NCBI GenBank assembly: GCA_043812655.1
Contig: JBDRLW010000029.1
Coordinates: 1 to 60,222 of the forward strand
Source: a bacterium
GTDB lineage: Bacteria > Margulisbacteria > WOR-1 > O2-12-FULL-45-9 > XYB2-FULL-48-7
DNA length: 60,222 bases
Direction: 5' to 3'
Part shown: positions 18,734-28,530 of the stretch, piece by piece
Position numbering within the stretch: position 1 is the stretch's first letter
Layout of the letters: each line of letters starts with the position of its first letter
Translations under genes and position numbers: made by a program
The notes under the pieces: model-generated
Database searches by the model: none
Seen by the model: only the letters and a program-made list of their open reading frames with translations
Told to the model about the DNA's origin: nothing

Positions 18734-20038
18734 TTAAAGCCTTATTATCTTGGTTGACTGTTGATTTTTGGTAGAGGAGGTCGCATTGCGGGTGTCGATG
18801 ATCAATTTTGAATTATTGACTATTATTTCATAATCATAAGCTGAATGATCGGTCGCGATAACAACGCAATCCATCTTCTGTAATATTTCATCAGTCAGAC
18901 CGATCGAAGATCGCTGTTTGCCAGCGATCTTAACATTTAAAATTAAGGGGTCATTATAACTAACCTCGGCGCTCTTTTGCTCTAGTATTTCAAAGATGTT
19001 TAAGGCTGGGGATTCCCGCCAATCACCAATATCTTTTTTATAGGCCATTCCCAAGACCAAAATCTTTGCTCCATTGATGCTTTTTTTAGCCTGGTTTAAG
19101 CCATCCTGAACTAATTGCACCACGTATTCCGGCATCCGGTCATTTATCTCTCCCGCCAGCTCAATAAAGCGCGTATTTAGATTGTATTCTTTGGCTTTCC
19201 AAGAAAGATAAAATGGATCTAGCGGTATACAATGACCCCCAATCCCCGGCCCCGGATAAAATGGCATAAAGCCATATGGCTTAGTTTTTGCCGCCGCAAT
19301 GACCTCCCATATTTCTATCCCCATTTTTTTGCAAAGGATCGCCATTTCATTGACTAAAGCGATATTAACGCTCCTAAAAACATTTTCCAGAAGTTTTTCC
19401 ATTTCTGCGACTCTTGGCGAAGAAACAACTTGGATATCCTTAAGGAATTGGGAATAGAGTAGTTTTGCCATTTCAGAGCATTTTGGCGTGACACCACCGA
19501 TCACTTTAGGAATATCTTTGGTCTTATATTTCTCATTTCCCGGATCAACTCTTTCAGGAGAAAAGACCAAAAAGAAATCTTCTCCAACTTTTAAGCCGGA
19601 AGACGCCAACTTTGGCAAAATAATTTCTTCCGTTGTTCCAGGATAGGTAGTACTTTCTAGCACTATCAATTGTTCCTTTCTAATGGTTTTTGAAAGATGC
19701 TGCGTTACAGCTTTAACATAGGAAATATCCGGTTGTTTATTCTTATCCAAAGGAGTGGGAACACAAATGCAAATCGCGTCAACTTTCCCTAATCGCGAAA
19801 AATCATCTAAAGCTATTAATTTACCATTTTCAACTGCTTGTTTTAGCTCGTCATCCGAAACATCTGGAATATAATTTCCTCCATTATTGATCATTTGTTT
19901 TCTTTTTGGATTCTGCTCAATTCCAATAACCTCAAATCCTGCCTTGGCAAATTCAACTGCTAGCGGCAGACCTACATAACCAAGCCCAACAACGCCAATT
20001 TTGGCCCTTTTATTTAGTATTTTATCTTTAAGTTTAAT
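18734..20038 (-). CDS. wbpA: Nucleotide-sugar 6-dehydrogenase (WbpA / UDP-GlcNAc 6-dehydrogenase-like); probable ATT start
   Basis: The frame extends 48 codons upstream of ATG 19894 and includes IGVVGLGYVGLPLA; CVPTP, LESTTYPGTT, FSPERVDPGN, GPGIGGHCIPLDP. Confidence 0.9.
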   Translation of the reverse strand: MKLKDKILNKRAKIGVVGLGYVGLPLAVEFAKAGFEVIGIEQNPKRKQMINNGGNYIPDVSDDELKQAVENGKLIALDDFSRLGKVDAICICVPTPLDKNKQPDISYVKAVTQHLSKTIRKEQLIVLESTTYPGTTEEIILPKLASSGLKVGEDFFLVFSPERVDPGNEKYKTKDIPKVIGGVTPKCSEMAKLLYSQFLKDIQVVSSPRVAEMEKLLENVFRSVNIALVNEMAILCKKMGIEIWEVIAAAKTKPYGFMPFYPGPGIGGHCIPLDPFYLSWKAKEYNLNTRFIELAGEINDRMPEYVVQLVQDGLNQAKKSINGAKILVLGMAYKKDIGDWRESPALNIFEILEQKSAEVSYNDPLILNVKIAGKQRSSIGLTDEILQKMDCVVIATDHSAYDYEIIVNNSKLIIDTRNATSSTKNQQSTKIIRL

Positions 20039-20469
20039 TTTATATCCACCTCTATATATTCTATTCTTTCCTTTGGTTTATTGGCACTATCCTATCCCCC
20101 ATTCTCGCAATAGTAATATTTTTCATCCTCAACCAAAAGCGTTGGATAATTTTTAGCTGGTTTTTCTATAAATCGCCGAGCTACTCCCCTTCATCCACTT
20201 GGAATTCAGCAAGCGAACCCAATAAGGACAAGCCACGTCCACTTACCCCTTGTATTATTATACACTTTATTCTGGATAAATATATCTTTTTTCACGTCCA
20301 TTGAAGTAACAATGGCCTAGAAGCTAAAGAGAGCTGGGGTTTCTTTTATTAAATCTTATCGTTTTTATTAGCCTATCCTATTTAATAAAGATATTGTCAT
20401 TTCCAAACACGCAAACAACAGTTTCCACTCCGATCTTATCAAGCATATTGCGGATCAAGCCCAGATTTC

Positions 20470-21450
20470 CTAACCCGTAATCAATGATCGTAAGTATTTT
20501 TCTCTTGCCTCAATAGGGAATTCCCGCATTATTCGCTCCCTGAATTTAGCCCCATCCTGACACACAAGGGCTTTCTTTATAGCCTCAACCGTCCCATCTA
20601 CATCCCCATATTCCGTATAAAATGCCGCTTCTCCCGCCACTTCCGGCAAGGCTCCCCTTCTCGTCACCACCGGAACACATTCGCACAACATTGCTTCCGC
20701 CAAAGCACAGCCAAAACTTTCCACATAAGAGATCTGGACATAAACTTTGGCTTTTCCCATCGTTTTTACTATTTCTTCGTTCTGCAAACTCCCCAACAAC
20801 CGGACATTGGAAGTCGCAATTGATCGTAAATATTCCAAAGCGCCGTCGTTTCCTCCACCAGCTAAAACAAAAATCGTTTCGGGAAGTTTGGCTGCAGCTT
20901 TAATGAACGTAATCATCCCCTTAATTTCAATTTTCGGCCAGTTGACATAGCCAACTAGAAGAACTGTGTTATTTTTCTTCTCGCTAGCATGAAACGCCGC
21001 TCCATCAAATCCATGATATAGAACCTCCACGTTTTTTACCGCCCGGCAATTAAGACGAAGCACTTCTTGTGTCCATTTTGATACGGCCAGGACTTTATTC
21101 GCATGGCGGAAAGCAAAGTAAACCCTTCTCCACCCAGCCTTTTCATATTTCAAACCATATTTTATCTCTGGCTGATAAGCGACATCATATCCACCCGCAA
21201 CAATAATTAGACTTTTCCCTAATAATTTACAAGCTAACCAAAGCTCAAAAACATATTTGCCGCCAAACCAGGCAAAACAAACATCCTTATTATAAAGATG
21301 CTTTATCACTCGCCAAAAAAACAGTTTATCTCTACTGTCATAATAAAGCTCCGTCACTTTAAAATATTTCACTAGCAGATCAACATCTCGCCTAACAAAG
21401 GAAGCCTTCATTTCATTAATTGGATAGCAAAAAAGGATTTTTTTACACAT
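20470..21450 (-). CDS. Glycosyltransferase family 4
   Basis: GGYDV, IKG, ESFGCALAEAMLCEC. Confidence 0.9.
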   Translation of the reverse strand: MCKKILFCYPINEMKASFVRRDVDLLVKYFKVTELYYDSRDKLFFWRVIKHLYNKDVCFAWFGGKYVFELWLACKLLGKSLIIVAGGYDVAYQPEIKYGLKYEKAGWRRVYFAFRHANKVLAVSKWTQEVLRLNCRAVKNVEVLYHGFDGAAFHASEKKNNTVLLVGYVNWPKIEIKGMITFIKAAAKLPETIFVLAGGGNDGALEYLRSIATSNVRLLGSLQNEEIVKTMGKAKVYVQISYVESFGCALAEAMLCECVPVVTRRGALPEVAGEAAFYTEYGDVDGTVEAIKKALVCQDGAKFRERIMREFPIEAREKYLRSLITG

Positions 21451-22603
21451 ATTGCTGGTATAGCTTTGCCAGCTGCTGCCCGGTTTTTTCAAGGTTAAAT
21501 TCAGTTACGACCTTTTGTCGTGCCCGTTTTCCAATTAATTCCCTAAGCTGTGTATCATCATATAACCTCATAATTGCCACTGCTAACGCCCTGCTATCTC
21601 GTTCCGGAACCAATAACCCCGTCTCACCATCAATAACTAATTCGGGGATCCCTGCTACCGGCGTGGAAATTACCGGAAGCCCCATTGCCATCGCTTCCAT
21701 AATGGAAACCGGAAGTCCGTCCATTTGGCCATCTGGCATTACAACACACGGCAAAACAAAACAATCGGCCTCCCTATGATATTCCAGCACTTGGTCACTT
21801 GTTAGTTTCCCAGTAAAAGTTATATGTTCTTCAAGTAAATTTTCCCTGCTAATTTTTTCTAATTTGATCCGTTCCGAGCCATCACCTATAAAGAATGCTT
21901 TGAAGCTCAGATTATTCCGTATTAAGTTTAAAGCTTCAATTAAATACCGCCCCCCCTTTGAAGGGTACGTCCCTATTCCTACGCAATTAATAGTAAAAGG
22001 CCTATCTTCAGTCTTACGGCCTTTAAACTTGTCCGTTCTAATCCCGCAATAGATAGTCCTAATCTTTCCCTTATGTTCAGGCGGTACCATACTCGATAAT
22101 CCATTTCTAACAAACTCTGAGGCTGCTACAACGAACAAAGCGTATTCTATTAATCCCTTCAACTTTTTCTTGGCTAGTCCTGACATCCCCTTCTCCTCAA
22201 AACAATGGGCTGTAAAACTGTAGGGAATCTTCGCCGTACGGCTTATTGCTTCGCCATAATGATGAATAAAATGGCTGTGAACATGGTTTATGCCCCGTTC
22301 CTTTGCAAGTTGGGCAAAATAGGCAATTGTGCACCTGCCACGCAGATTAACACCGGATATTTTGAGAAATTTAAGCAAAAACCCATACTTTGACTTTAGT
22401 TTTAAGATGTTTCGGTAGCGGAAATAGAAAGTTCTTTCAAGTAATTGATTTTCAATTATTTCCAGGTGCAAAACCGCGCCAATTGGTTGGAATATTGAGT
22501 ACACCTCGATCTCCAGCCCCTGGCTTATAAGCTGGATAATTTCATTCATGATAAAGGTTTCTGAGGTAGAAGGAAATCCCCCCAAGATATAAGCGATTTT
22601 CAT
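21443..22603 (-). CDS. Glycosyltransferase family 4 (WcaL/AmsK-like)
   Basis: FPSTSETFIMNEI, HVHSHF, SFTAH, DGLPVSIMEAMAMG. Confidence 0.92.
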   Translation of the reverse strand: MKIAYILGGFPSTSETFIMNEIIQLISQGLEIEVYSIFQPIGAVLHLEIIENQLLERTFYFRYRNILKLKSKYGFLLKFLKISGVNLRGRCTIAYFAQLAKERGINHVHSHFIHHYGEAISRTAKIPYSFTAHCFEEKGMSGLAKKKLKGLIEYALFVVAASEFVRNGLSSMVPPEHKGKIRTIYCGIRTDKFKGRKTEDRPFTINCVGIGTYPSKGGRYLIEALNLIRNNLSFKAFFIGDGSERIKLEKISRENLLEEHITFTGKLTSDQVLEYHREADCFVLPCVVMPDGQMDGLPVSIMEAMAMGLPVISTPVAGIPELVIDGETGLLVPERDSRALAVAIMRLYDDTQLRELIGKRARQKVVTEFNLEKTGQQLAKLYQQYV

Positions 22604-23511
22604 CTGTTTCTCCTTATATCATAACGTAATAATTTATATGAGGCCCGCCACCCAAGCCGCACCAAAAGCTTTATTGCTCCTAAATTTGGCTTATTGAAAA
22701 AACTTATTATTAAATATTTCAAACTATCTAAAGGAGCCCCCCTATCAAAATATATCCTAGCTATTTCAAGGCATGCTTGGCTCTTATGTTTTATCTTCGG
22801 GAACATCTCCTCAAACGTAAAACGTTCAAGCATTAAATTTAATACTTTGGCCTTTGGTCTCATATCGCTTCTCGTTCTATGGCTAATGCCATCTTTATAA
22901 GTATATCTTCTAAGTAAAGGAAGACCAACGTGCTTATATTTAAACCCTTTTAATATCCTAATTAAAAACTCATGATCTTCCGCCTTGTAAAATTTGGCAT
23001 CATACAACCCAACTACATCGTAAAGGCTTCTCTTGAATAATGTCCCACAGGGACAGACCGGCAGCCATTCGACGGCCGCAGAGATCAAATCAGTTTCTGT
23101 TGGCTCATTAAAATACGAAAATCGGCGATAAATCTCGCCATCATCATTTACCAAATAATGATCAGAATACACGACATCTAGGCTAGGATCTTTCTCTACT
23201 TCACTCACCAACTTTTCCAATGTTTCCGAATATATCTCATGATCACTGTCAACCCATATAATATAATCCCCAGTTGAATGCTTCACCCCTAAGTTTCTAG
23301 CGGTTGGAATCCCAGAATTGCGTTGATAAACATATTTTATTTTTTGGGAATTGAAATCTTCCACCATCTTCCTGGTGCCATCCGTTGAACCATCATCGAT
23401 AACTACAAGCTCATAATTTCGATAGGTTTGAGCCAGAATACTCTTAATTGCTCTGGCTAAAACTTTTTCACGATTGTAAGTTATAGTAATAACACTTATT
23501 TTAAGCGTCAT
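22600..23511 (-). CDS. Glycosyltransferase family 2
   Basis: ISVITITYNR, IDDGSTD, ARNLG, WVDSD, AEDHE. Confidence 0.92.
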   Translation of the reverse strand: MTLKISVITITYNREKVLARAIKSILAQTYRNYELVVIDDGSTDGTRKMVEDFNSQKIKYVYQRNSGIPTARNLGVKHSTGDYIIWVDSDHEIYSETLEKLVSEVEKDPSLDVVYSDHYLVNDDGEIYRRFSYFNEPTETDLISAAVEWLPVCPCGTLFKRSLYDVVGLYDAKFYKAEDHEFLIRILKGFKYKHVGLPLLRRYTYKDGISHRTRSDMRPKAKVLNLMLERFTFEEMFPKIKHKSQACLEIARIYFDRGAPLDSLKYLIISFFNKPNLGAIKLLVRLGWRASYKLLRYDIRRNR

Positions 23512-23512
23512 T

Positions 23513-25156
23513 TTAATCTCTTTTAAGCATCTTTTTAAAGTAATACTTAGCGACTCTCCCCTTTGATCTTATGTTAATGCGTTTTCTTGTAAAATCATTC
23601 CAAAGGAATCGGATAATATATTTAGGGCGTAAATAACATAAATTCTCAAAAACGTCGCTTTCTTCACTGCCCAAATTAAGTGCTTCAATAAAATTTTTTT
23701 CTGCATTGTTATCATCTTCGATCTTCAAATAAGCCAGCCCCAACCCATAATGAGCGCCGGGACTTTTGTTTTTTTCTAAACTTAATTTAAAATAATCAAT
23801 CGCCGTTGGGTAACATTTTTTTTCATAAAATCTTTTCCCCAATTCACAATAGGCTTTTGCTTCAAGCCCGTCTTTTGGCGCATAACCCCAAGAGAAATCA
23901 GGAAACATTTCTGATAACTTAAAATTATTTACTAAATATTCCAAGGCTTTGGCTTCATCTAAATGATCTTTCCTTAAAACAAAAGTTGTTCTCTCATTAT
24001 GATTACGTCTCTTGCAAAGAGGCAAAGGAAGATGTTTAAATCTAACTCCGGCATTTAAAGCTCTTAACGTAAAGCTTGTATCTTCGGCCATTTTTAAGAG
24101 TGGGTCATAGCCGCCAATTTTTTCATAGATGTTTTTTCTTACCATGCTCCCCATATTTCGCGTCGGGCTGTTTCCCATCGCCGCAACAGCGATCAAGGCT
24201 TGGCGTGAATCCCCAGTATAATCATAACAACAATAATCAATTTTGCCTTTTGAATCCATAAAATAATGATCAACGTAAAGCACTTCTATTAAAGGATTAG
24301 CCTCAAAGTGGCTTTGCTGGAAAGCCAATAGGTTGGGCAAATACTCATCATCGCTATCCAACCACGATATATATTCACCTTTCGATTCCCTAATCCCATA
24401 ATTCCTGGCATCAGATATGCCAGAATGCTCTTTGCGAAAATATCTGATCTTCTCTGAATTAAAGCTGTCTACAACTTTCTTTGTATTGTCTGTCGAACCG
24501 TCATCTATTATCAATATTTCATAATTTCCATAAGTCTGATCAAGCACGCTCTGGATCGCTTTCCCTATATACTTCTCTCTGTTATATGTTGGAATAATTA
24601 CGCTTACCAGCGGCTGTTTTTCTGTGCCTTTTTGAAGTAAAACGGCTTTCTCCGTTTCATCAACAACATTCTCTTCCTTCTTTGGTTTAAACGTCAAAAC
24701 AAACCAAACCCCTTTTACTTCATCTTTCCAATTGATCTCTCTTGAGTATGGTTCAACCAATTCTTCAAGGGATTTTCCAGTAAAAGATCTTTTCTGCCCT
24801 AAAGCAAGTGTTTCTTTAGCCGCTGAAATGATAATTTTCCCGTCAGGATGGCATAAACGATGGGCTTCTTTTAATATTTTATCCGGCGCTTCCGAATCTT
24901 CTAATATCCCCGCAATAACTATTGAGTCAAACGAGTTATCAAGAAACGGCGCCTTTACCAAGTTATCATTATAACCAACAATATCTAATCCATATAATCC
25001 GGAAATAATAGAAACCAATTCGCCATCTCCGCTCCCCATATTCAAAACCCTACCACTGCATTCAAAGGCAATATAATAAAACAAAACCCCCTCCCAGGCC
25101 CCTTTATCGCGGTATATTCTCCGATCAATATGAATTATTGGAAGGATTTTATTCAT
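23513..25156 (-). CDS. Methyltransferase-like domain + GT2 + TPR fusion
   Basis: N-terminal VLNMGSGDG/FLDNSFD/EAHRL; central VSVIIPTYNR/DDGSTD/WLDSDD; C-terminal TPR-like AHYGLGLAY. Confidence 0.85.
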   Translation of the reverse strand: MNKILPIIHIDRRIYRDKGAWEGVLFYYIAFECSGRVLNMGSGDGELVSIISGLYGLDIVGYNDNLVKAPFLDNSFDSIVIAGILEDSEAPDKILKEAHRLCHPDGKIIISAAKETLALGQKRSFTGKSLEELVEPYSREINWKDEVKGVWFVLTFKPKKEENVVDETEKAVLLQKGTEKQPLVSVIIPTYNREKYIGKAIQSVLDQTYGNYEILIIDDGSTDNTKKVVDSFNSEKIRYFRKEHSGISDARNYGIRESKGEYISWLDSDDEYLPNLLAFQQSHFEANPLIEVLYVDHYFMDSKGKIDYCCYDYTGDSRQALIAVAAMGNSPTRNMGSMVRKNIYEKIGGYDPLLKMAEDTSFTLRALNAGVRFKHLPLPLCKRRNHNERTTFVLRKDHLDEAKALEYLVNNFKLSEMFPDFSWGYAPKDGLEAKAYCELGKRFYEKKCYPTAIDYFKLSLEKNKSPGAHYGLGLAYLKIEDDNNAEKNFIEALNLGSEESDVFENLCYLRPKYIIRFLWNDFTRKRINIRSKGRVAKYYFKKMLKRD

Positions 25157-25241
25157 TCGATCTTTTTTTCTGCCTCCTTAAAACGCATATTTCAAGCCAA
25201 TTTATGGCTGCTTCCTTCACAAGCTAAAATCAAACAAAACA

Positions 25242-26075
25242 CTAGGCGCCAAATTGTGACAACTTTTTAATGATCTCTTTTTCGTCATTTCTTACTGCTA
25301 AATAATTTGAGCCATAGAAATTTTCCATATTGAAATGATATTCAAAAAAATAAACATAGTTTGGGAATATTTTACCAACAATAAAGCCGTTTTGCTTAAA
25401 ATATCGGCAATAATCATATAATAAATCATGCGAAGCAATATTAAATATTCCATATTCAAATTGTATAACCCGAACTTTTTTTATCTGATCCCCGAAACCT
25501 TTGATGACTTTAAGATCCATTCCTTCTACATCGATTTTTAATAAATCTATAACCTGAATAGCACGCTCTTTTAAGTAATCAGATGCTTTTCTAATTTCGC
25601 ACTTTATTTCCCGGTTGTAGTATTGATCGTGAAACTTCATGCTTTCTATTTTACAGCCTGTTGCCGTTGAACTTTCTCGCCCCAAGCTAATCGCGATCAC
25701 TCCCTCTTCGTTTGAAAGGCCAAAGTTGTTCGTTATGACATTTTTCAAATCCTTTGTGTTATTTACTAGCTCATTATATGTTGAAGAAACAATTTCAAAA
25801 GCATGAACAACACATTTCGGATATTGCCTTGATATCGTTTTTGACCATTCCCCCACATTCGCCCCAACATCAAAAACACACTTAGGAGAAAAATGTGTCA
25901 TTATTTTTAATATCCTCAACTCGCCATTTTGTTCTATATTGAAATTTTCATTATTTATATTTCTGTGAAACTTATCGACAATTCCCCCAAAAATATCAGC
26001 AAACGGTTTACCTCGATATTTGCATATGTAATTAGCTATTAAGTGAATTGCTTTGTTGAGTCGTTTTAAAAACAT
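25242..26075 (-). CDS. FkbM family methyltransferase
   Basis: VFDVGANVG, HAFE, IDLLKIDVEG, IQFEY. Confidence 0.92.
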   Translation of the reverse strand: MFLKRLNKAIHLIANYICKYRGKPFADIFGGIVDKFHRNINNENFNIEQNGELRILKIMTHFSPKCVFDVGANVGEWSKTISRQYPKCVVHAFEIVSSTYNELVNNTKDLKNVITNNFGLSNEEGVIAISLGRESSTATGCKIESMKFHDQYYNREIKCEIRKASDYLKERAIQVIDLLKIDVEGMDLKVIKGFGDQIKKVRVIQFEYGIFNIASHDLLYDYCRYFKQNGFIVGKIFPNYVYFFEYHFNMENFYGSNYLAVRNDEKEIIKKLSQFGA

Positions 26076-26139
26076 ATTAAACGCTTCTGCTCCAGCGATC
26101 TCCCCTGTAATTTAAACTGTTCTCACAATGTGATATTTT

Positions 26140-26263
26140 TCAGAGGCATTCCAAAACCTTCATCCTGCATTCAGCAAAAAATAAAATAAATCCCCTTCCC
26201 AAACTCCCTTGTCTTGGTGTTTTTTCTATCGATATAATTTCTTTAAAAAGAACCTTTTGTCAT
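26140..26263 (-). pseudogene. Decayed copy of the 5' end of the 23513-25156 gene
   Basis: Frameshifted translation YIDRK/HQDKGVWEGDLFYF/AECRMKVL matches HIDRRIYRDKGAWEGVLFYYIAFECSGRVL; its ATG overlaps the upstream TGA. Confidence 0.75.
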
Positions 26264-27216
26264 TCTTGGTATTGTATGATGTTTTGTATCGATTGCTCCA
26301 AGCTGATCTTCGGTTCAAAGCCGATCAACTTCTTGCTCTTAGAGATATCAGGAACTCTCCTTAACATATCTTCAAACCCCTTTTCATAGGCCTTTTCATA
26401 AGGGATCGTCTCTATTTCCGACTTGCTTTTTGCCGTGTGTTTTACCAATCTGGCAAGTTCATTTATTGTAATCTCTCTTTCAGACCCCAGATTAAAGACC
26501 TGGCCAACAGCTTCTTTTTTGTGTATTAAATTATGTAATGCTTCAAGTAAATCTCCAACATCCATAAAACAGCGGGATTGTTCCCCAGTTCCATAGACGG
26601 TTAAAGGCTTACTCGCTAAAGCTTGCTCAATAAATCTCGGCACTACCATGCCATACCGGCCTGTTTGTCTTGGGCCAATCACATTAAAAAGCCTAACAAT
26701 AATTACGGGCAAATTATATTCCTTATAATAAGCTAGAGCAGAGAACTCATCGATCGCTTTTGAGCACGCATAGGCCCACCTTTGTTTACTGGTTGGCCCA
26801 AGGACCAGATCGCTTTCTTCGGTAAAAGGAAGTGCTGAACTTTTCCCATACACTTCTGAAGTTGAGGTTATTAGGATCTTCCGCTTGTATCGATTTGCGA
26901 TCTTTAAGACCACCTCCGTTCCCTGAACATTGGCTCTTATCACCCGGACTGGCTCATCCACGATCATTTTTACTCCAACCGCCGCCGCCAAATGAATAAC
27001 CACTTCGTTCTCGGCAATTAACCGGTCAAGAATTTGTTCATTAAGAATATCATCGACCACAAAGCGATATTTCTTATTGTTTCGATATAATTCGATGTTC
27101 TTGAAATCACCGGTAGATAGATCGTCTATGACCGTCACTTCAGCTTCTTTATTCAAGAAATAACCAGCCAAATGACTACCAATAAAACCTGCCCCACCAG
27201 TAATCAATATTTTCAC
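26260..27216 (-). CDS. NAD-dependent nucleotide-sugar epimerase/dehydratase (extended SDR)
   Basis: TGGAGFIGSH, HLAAAVGV, STSEVYG, YACSK, RLFNVIGPRQ; GTG start with AGGAGG. Confidence 0.93.
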   Translation of the reverse strand: MKILITGGAGFIGSHLAGYFLNKEAEVTVIDDLSTGDFKNIELYRNNKKYRFVVDDILNEQILDRLIAENEVVIHLAAAVGVKMIVDEPVRVIRANVQGTEVVLKIANRYKRKILITSTSEVYGKSSALPFTEESDLVLGPTSKQRWAYACSKAIDEFSALAYYKEYNLPVIIVRLFNVIGPRQTGRYGMVVPRFIEQALASKPLTVYGTGEQSRCFMDVGDLLEALHNLIHKKEAVGQVFNLGSEREITINELARLVKHTAKSKSEIETIPYEKAYEKGFEDMLRRVPDISKSKKLIGFEPKISLEQSIQNIIQYQE

Positions 27217-27243
27217 GTTTTTATCCTCCTAAAAGCTTTTTAA

Positions 27244-28530
27244 CTATTTCTTTGACAATTTGCATGTTTTATTATTAATCAACTCTTCATACATTTGGAT
27301 ATATTGCTCGACCATATCATTCGGATTGTGTTCCCGTAAAAACACTTCTCTCCCATTTTTGCCCATTCTTAATCGCTCAGACGGATTATTAATAAGTCTC
27401 ATAAGCGCTGCGGCCAGGCATTTAGGCTCCTTTGGAGGGATTAAAAGGCCGGTTTCTCCTTCTTTAACTAAACTAACTGGACCGCCACAAGCGGTCGAGA
27501 TCACTGGCTTGCCGTGAGACATCGCCTCAACAATGGCGATTCCTGCCCCTTCCGTTCTTGAAGACTGAACATAAATATCTATTTCCGACAAAAACAAATG
27601 AATATCATCATGAGGCAAATATCCTTTAAAAACAAAACAGCCTTCAAGTCCAAGATCTGACACCATCTTCTTCATTTGTGATAAAAACCGGCCTTCTCCA
27701 ACAAGAACATATTTTACCGACGGGAATATTTCATGCACTTCTTTGGCCGCTTCAATAAAGAATTCAAACCCTTTTTCATGTTCAACTCGCCCGATCGATC
27801 CAATCGTTAGTTGCGAATCGTTTTTTTTCTCTAAAAAACGTGGCATATCCAATAAAGGAGGAATAACGACCAATTTTAAATTGCTGGGAATATATTTAGC
27901 GGCATGTTCGCCCAAAGCATACGACAGAACCTTAAAAACAGAAGCCACCCGATAAATCTGTTGATATTTTTCCTTATGATAATCAAACCCCGCCATGAAC
28001 TGTTCGTCATAAACCAGGGCAATTCCTTCCTTTTCTGCCCACTTTAAGCTGATCATTGTTGCGGGATAGGGAGAGACAACATGAAGAACGTCCGGCTTTT
28101 TAAAAAAACCCTTGATCCTTAAATTAATTATAAAAGTAATATTAAATATGTACTCCTCCACTCTTCTAAGCTCGTATCCAAGTTCTTTGTTAAATCCGCT
28201 AAAAGTAAAAACGATCGACTTTCTTTTTTTTAGCCAATACATAAACGACAAAACAATGTAAAGCATTATGACACAAAGCCACACCATTGATCTTAGCAAG
28301 TGATAAAGGACATAATTAATTTGAATCAAATCAATATCATTTTCTTTAAAATAACGGTAATATTGATTGTGCTTGGTTACATATTTCCTGGAAAACACAG
28401 CTACTTGATATCCGGGGTCTTTCATCCTTTTCGCCAGACGGGAACATTGATGTTCCAATCCCCCAGCCCTATTAAAGCTATCCATAACATAATAAATGCA
28501 AGACTTGCGTTTCGTTCTGTTTTTCATCAT
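27244..28530 (-). CDS. Glycosyltransferase family 4
   Basis: GGLE, GRVEHEKG, SRTEGAGIAIVEAMSHG. Confidence 0.9.
   Translation of the reverse strand: MMKNRTKRKSCIYYVMDSFNRAGGLEHQCSRLAKRMKDPGYQVAVFSRKYVTKHNQYYRYFKENDIDLIQINYVLYHLLRSMVWLCVIMLYIVLSFMYWLKKRKSIVFTFSGFNKELGYELRRVEEYIFNITFIINLRIKGFFKKPDVLHVVSPYPATMISLKWAEKEGIALVYDEQFMAGFDYHKEKYQQIYRVASVFKVLSYALGEHAAKYIPSNLKLVVIPPLLDMPRFLEKKNDSQLTIGSIGRVEHEKGFEFFIEAAKEVHEIFPSVKYVLVGEGRFLSQMKKMVSDLGLEGCFVFKGYLPHDDIHLFLSEIDIYVQSSRTEGAGIAIVEAMSHGKPVISTACGGPVSLVKEGETGLLIPPKEPKCLAAALMRLINNPSERLRMGKNGREVFLREHNPNDMVEQYIQMYEELINNKTCKLSKK

Noticed and set aside
18734..19894. ORF-track start of the dehydrogenase at ATG 19894
   Set aside because: It would omit the NAD-binding GxGxxG motif encoded in-frame upstream
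25157..25241. Possible gene remnant between FkbM and the MT-GT2 gene
   Set aside because: No convincing similarity to any neighbouring gene by eye
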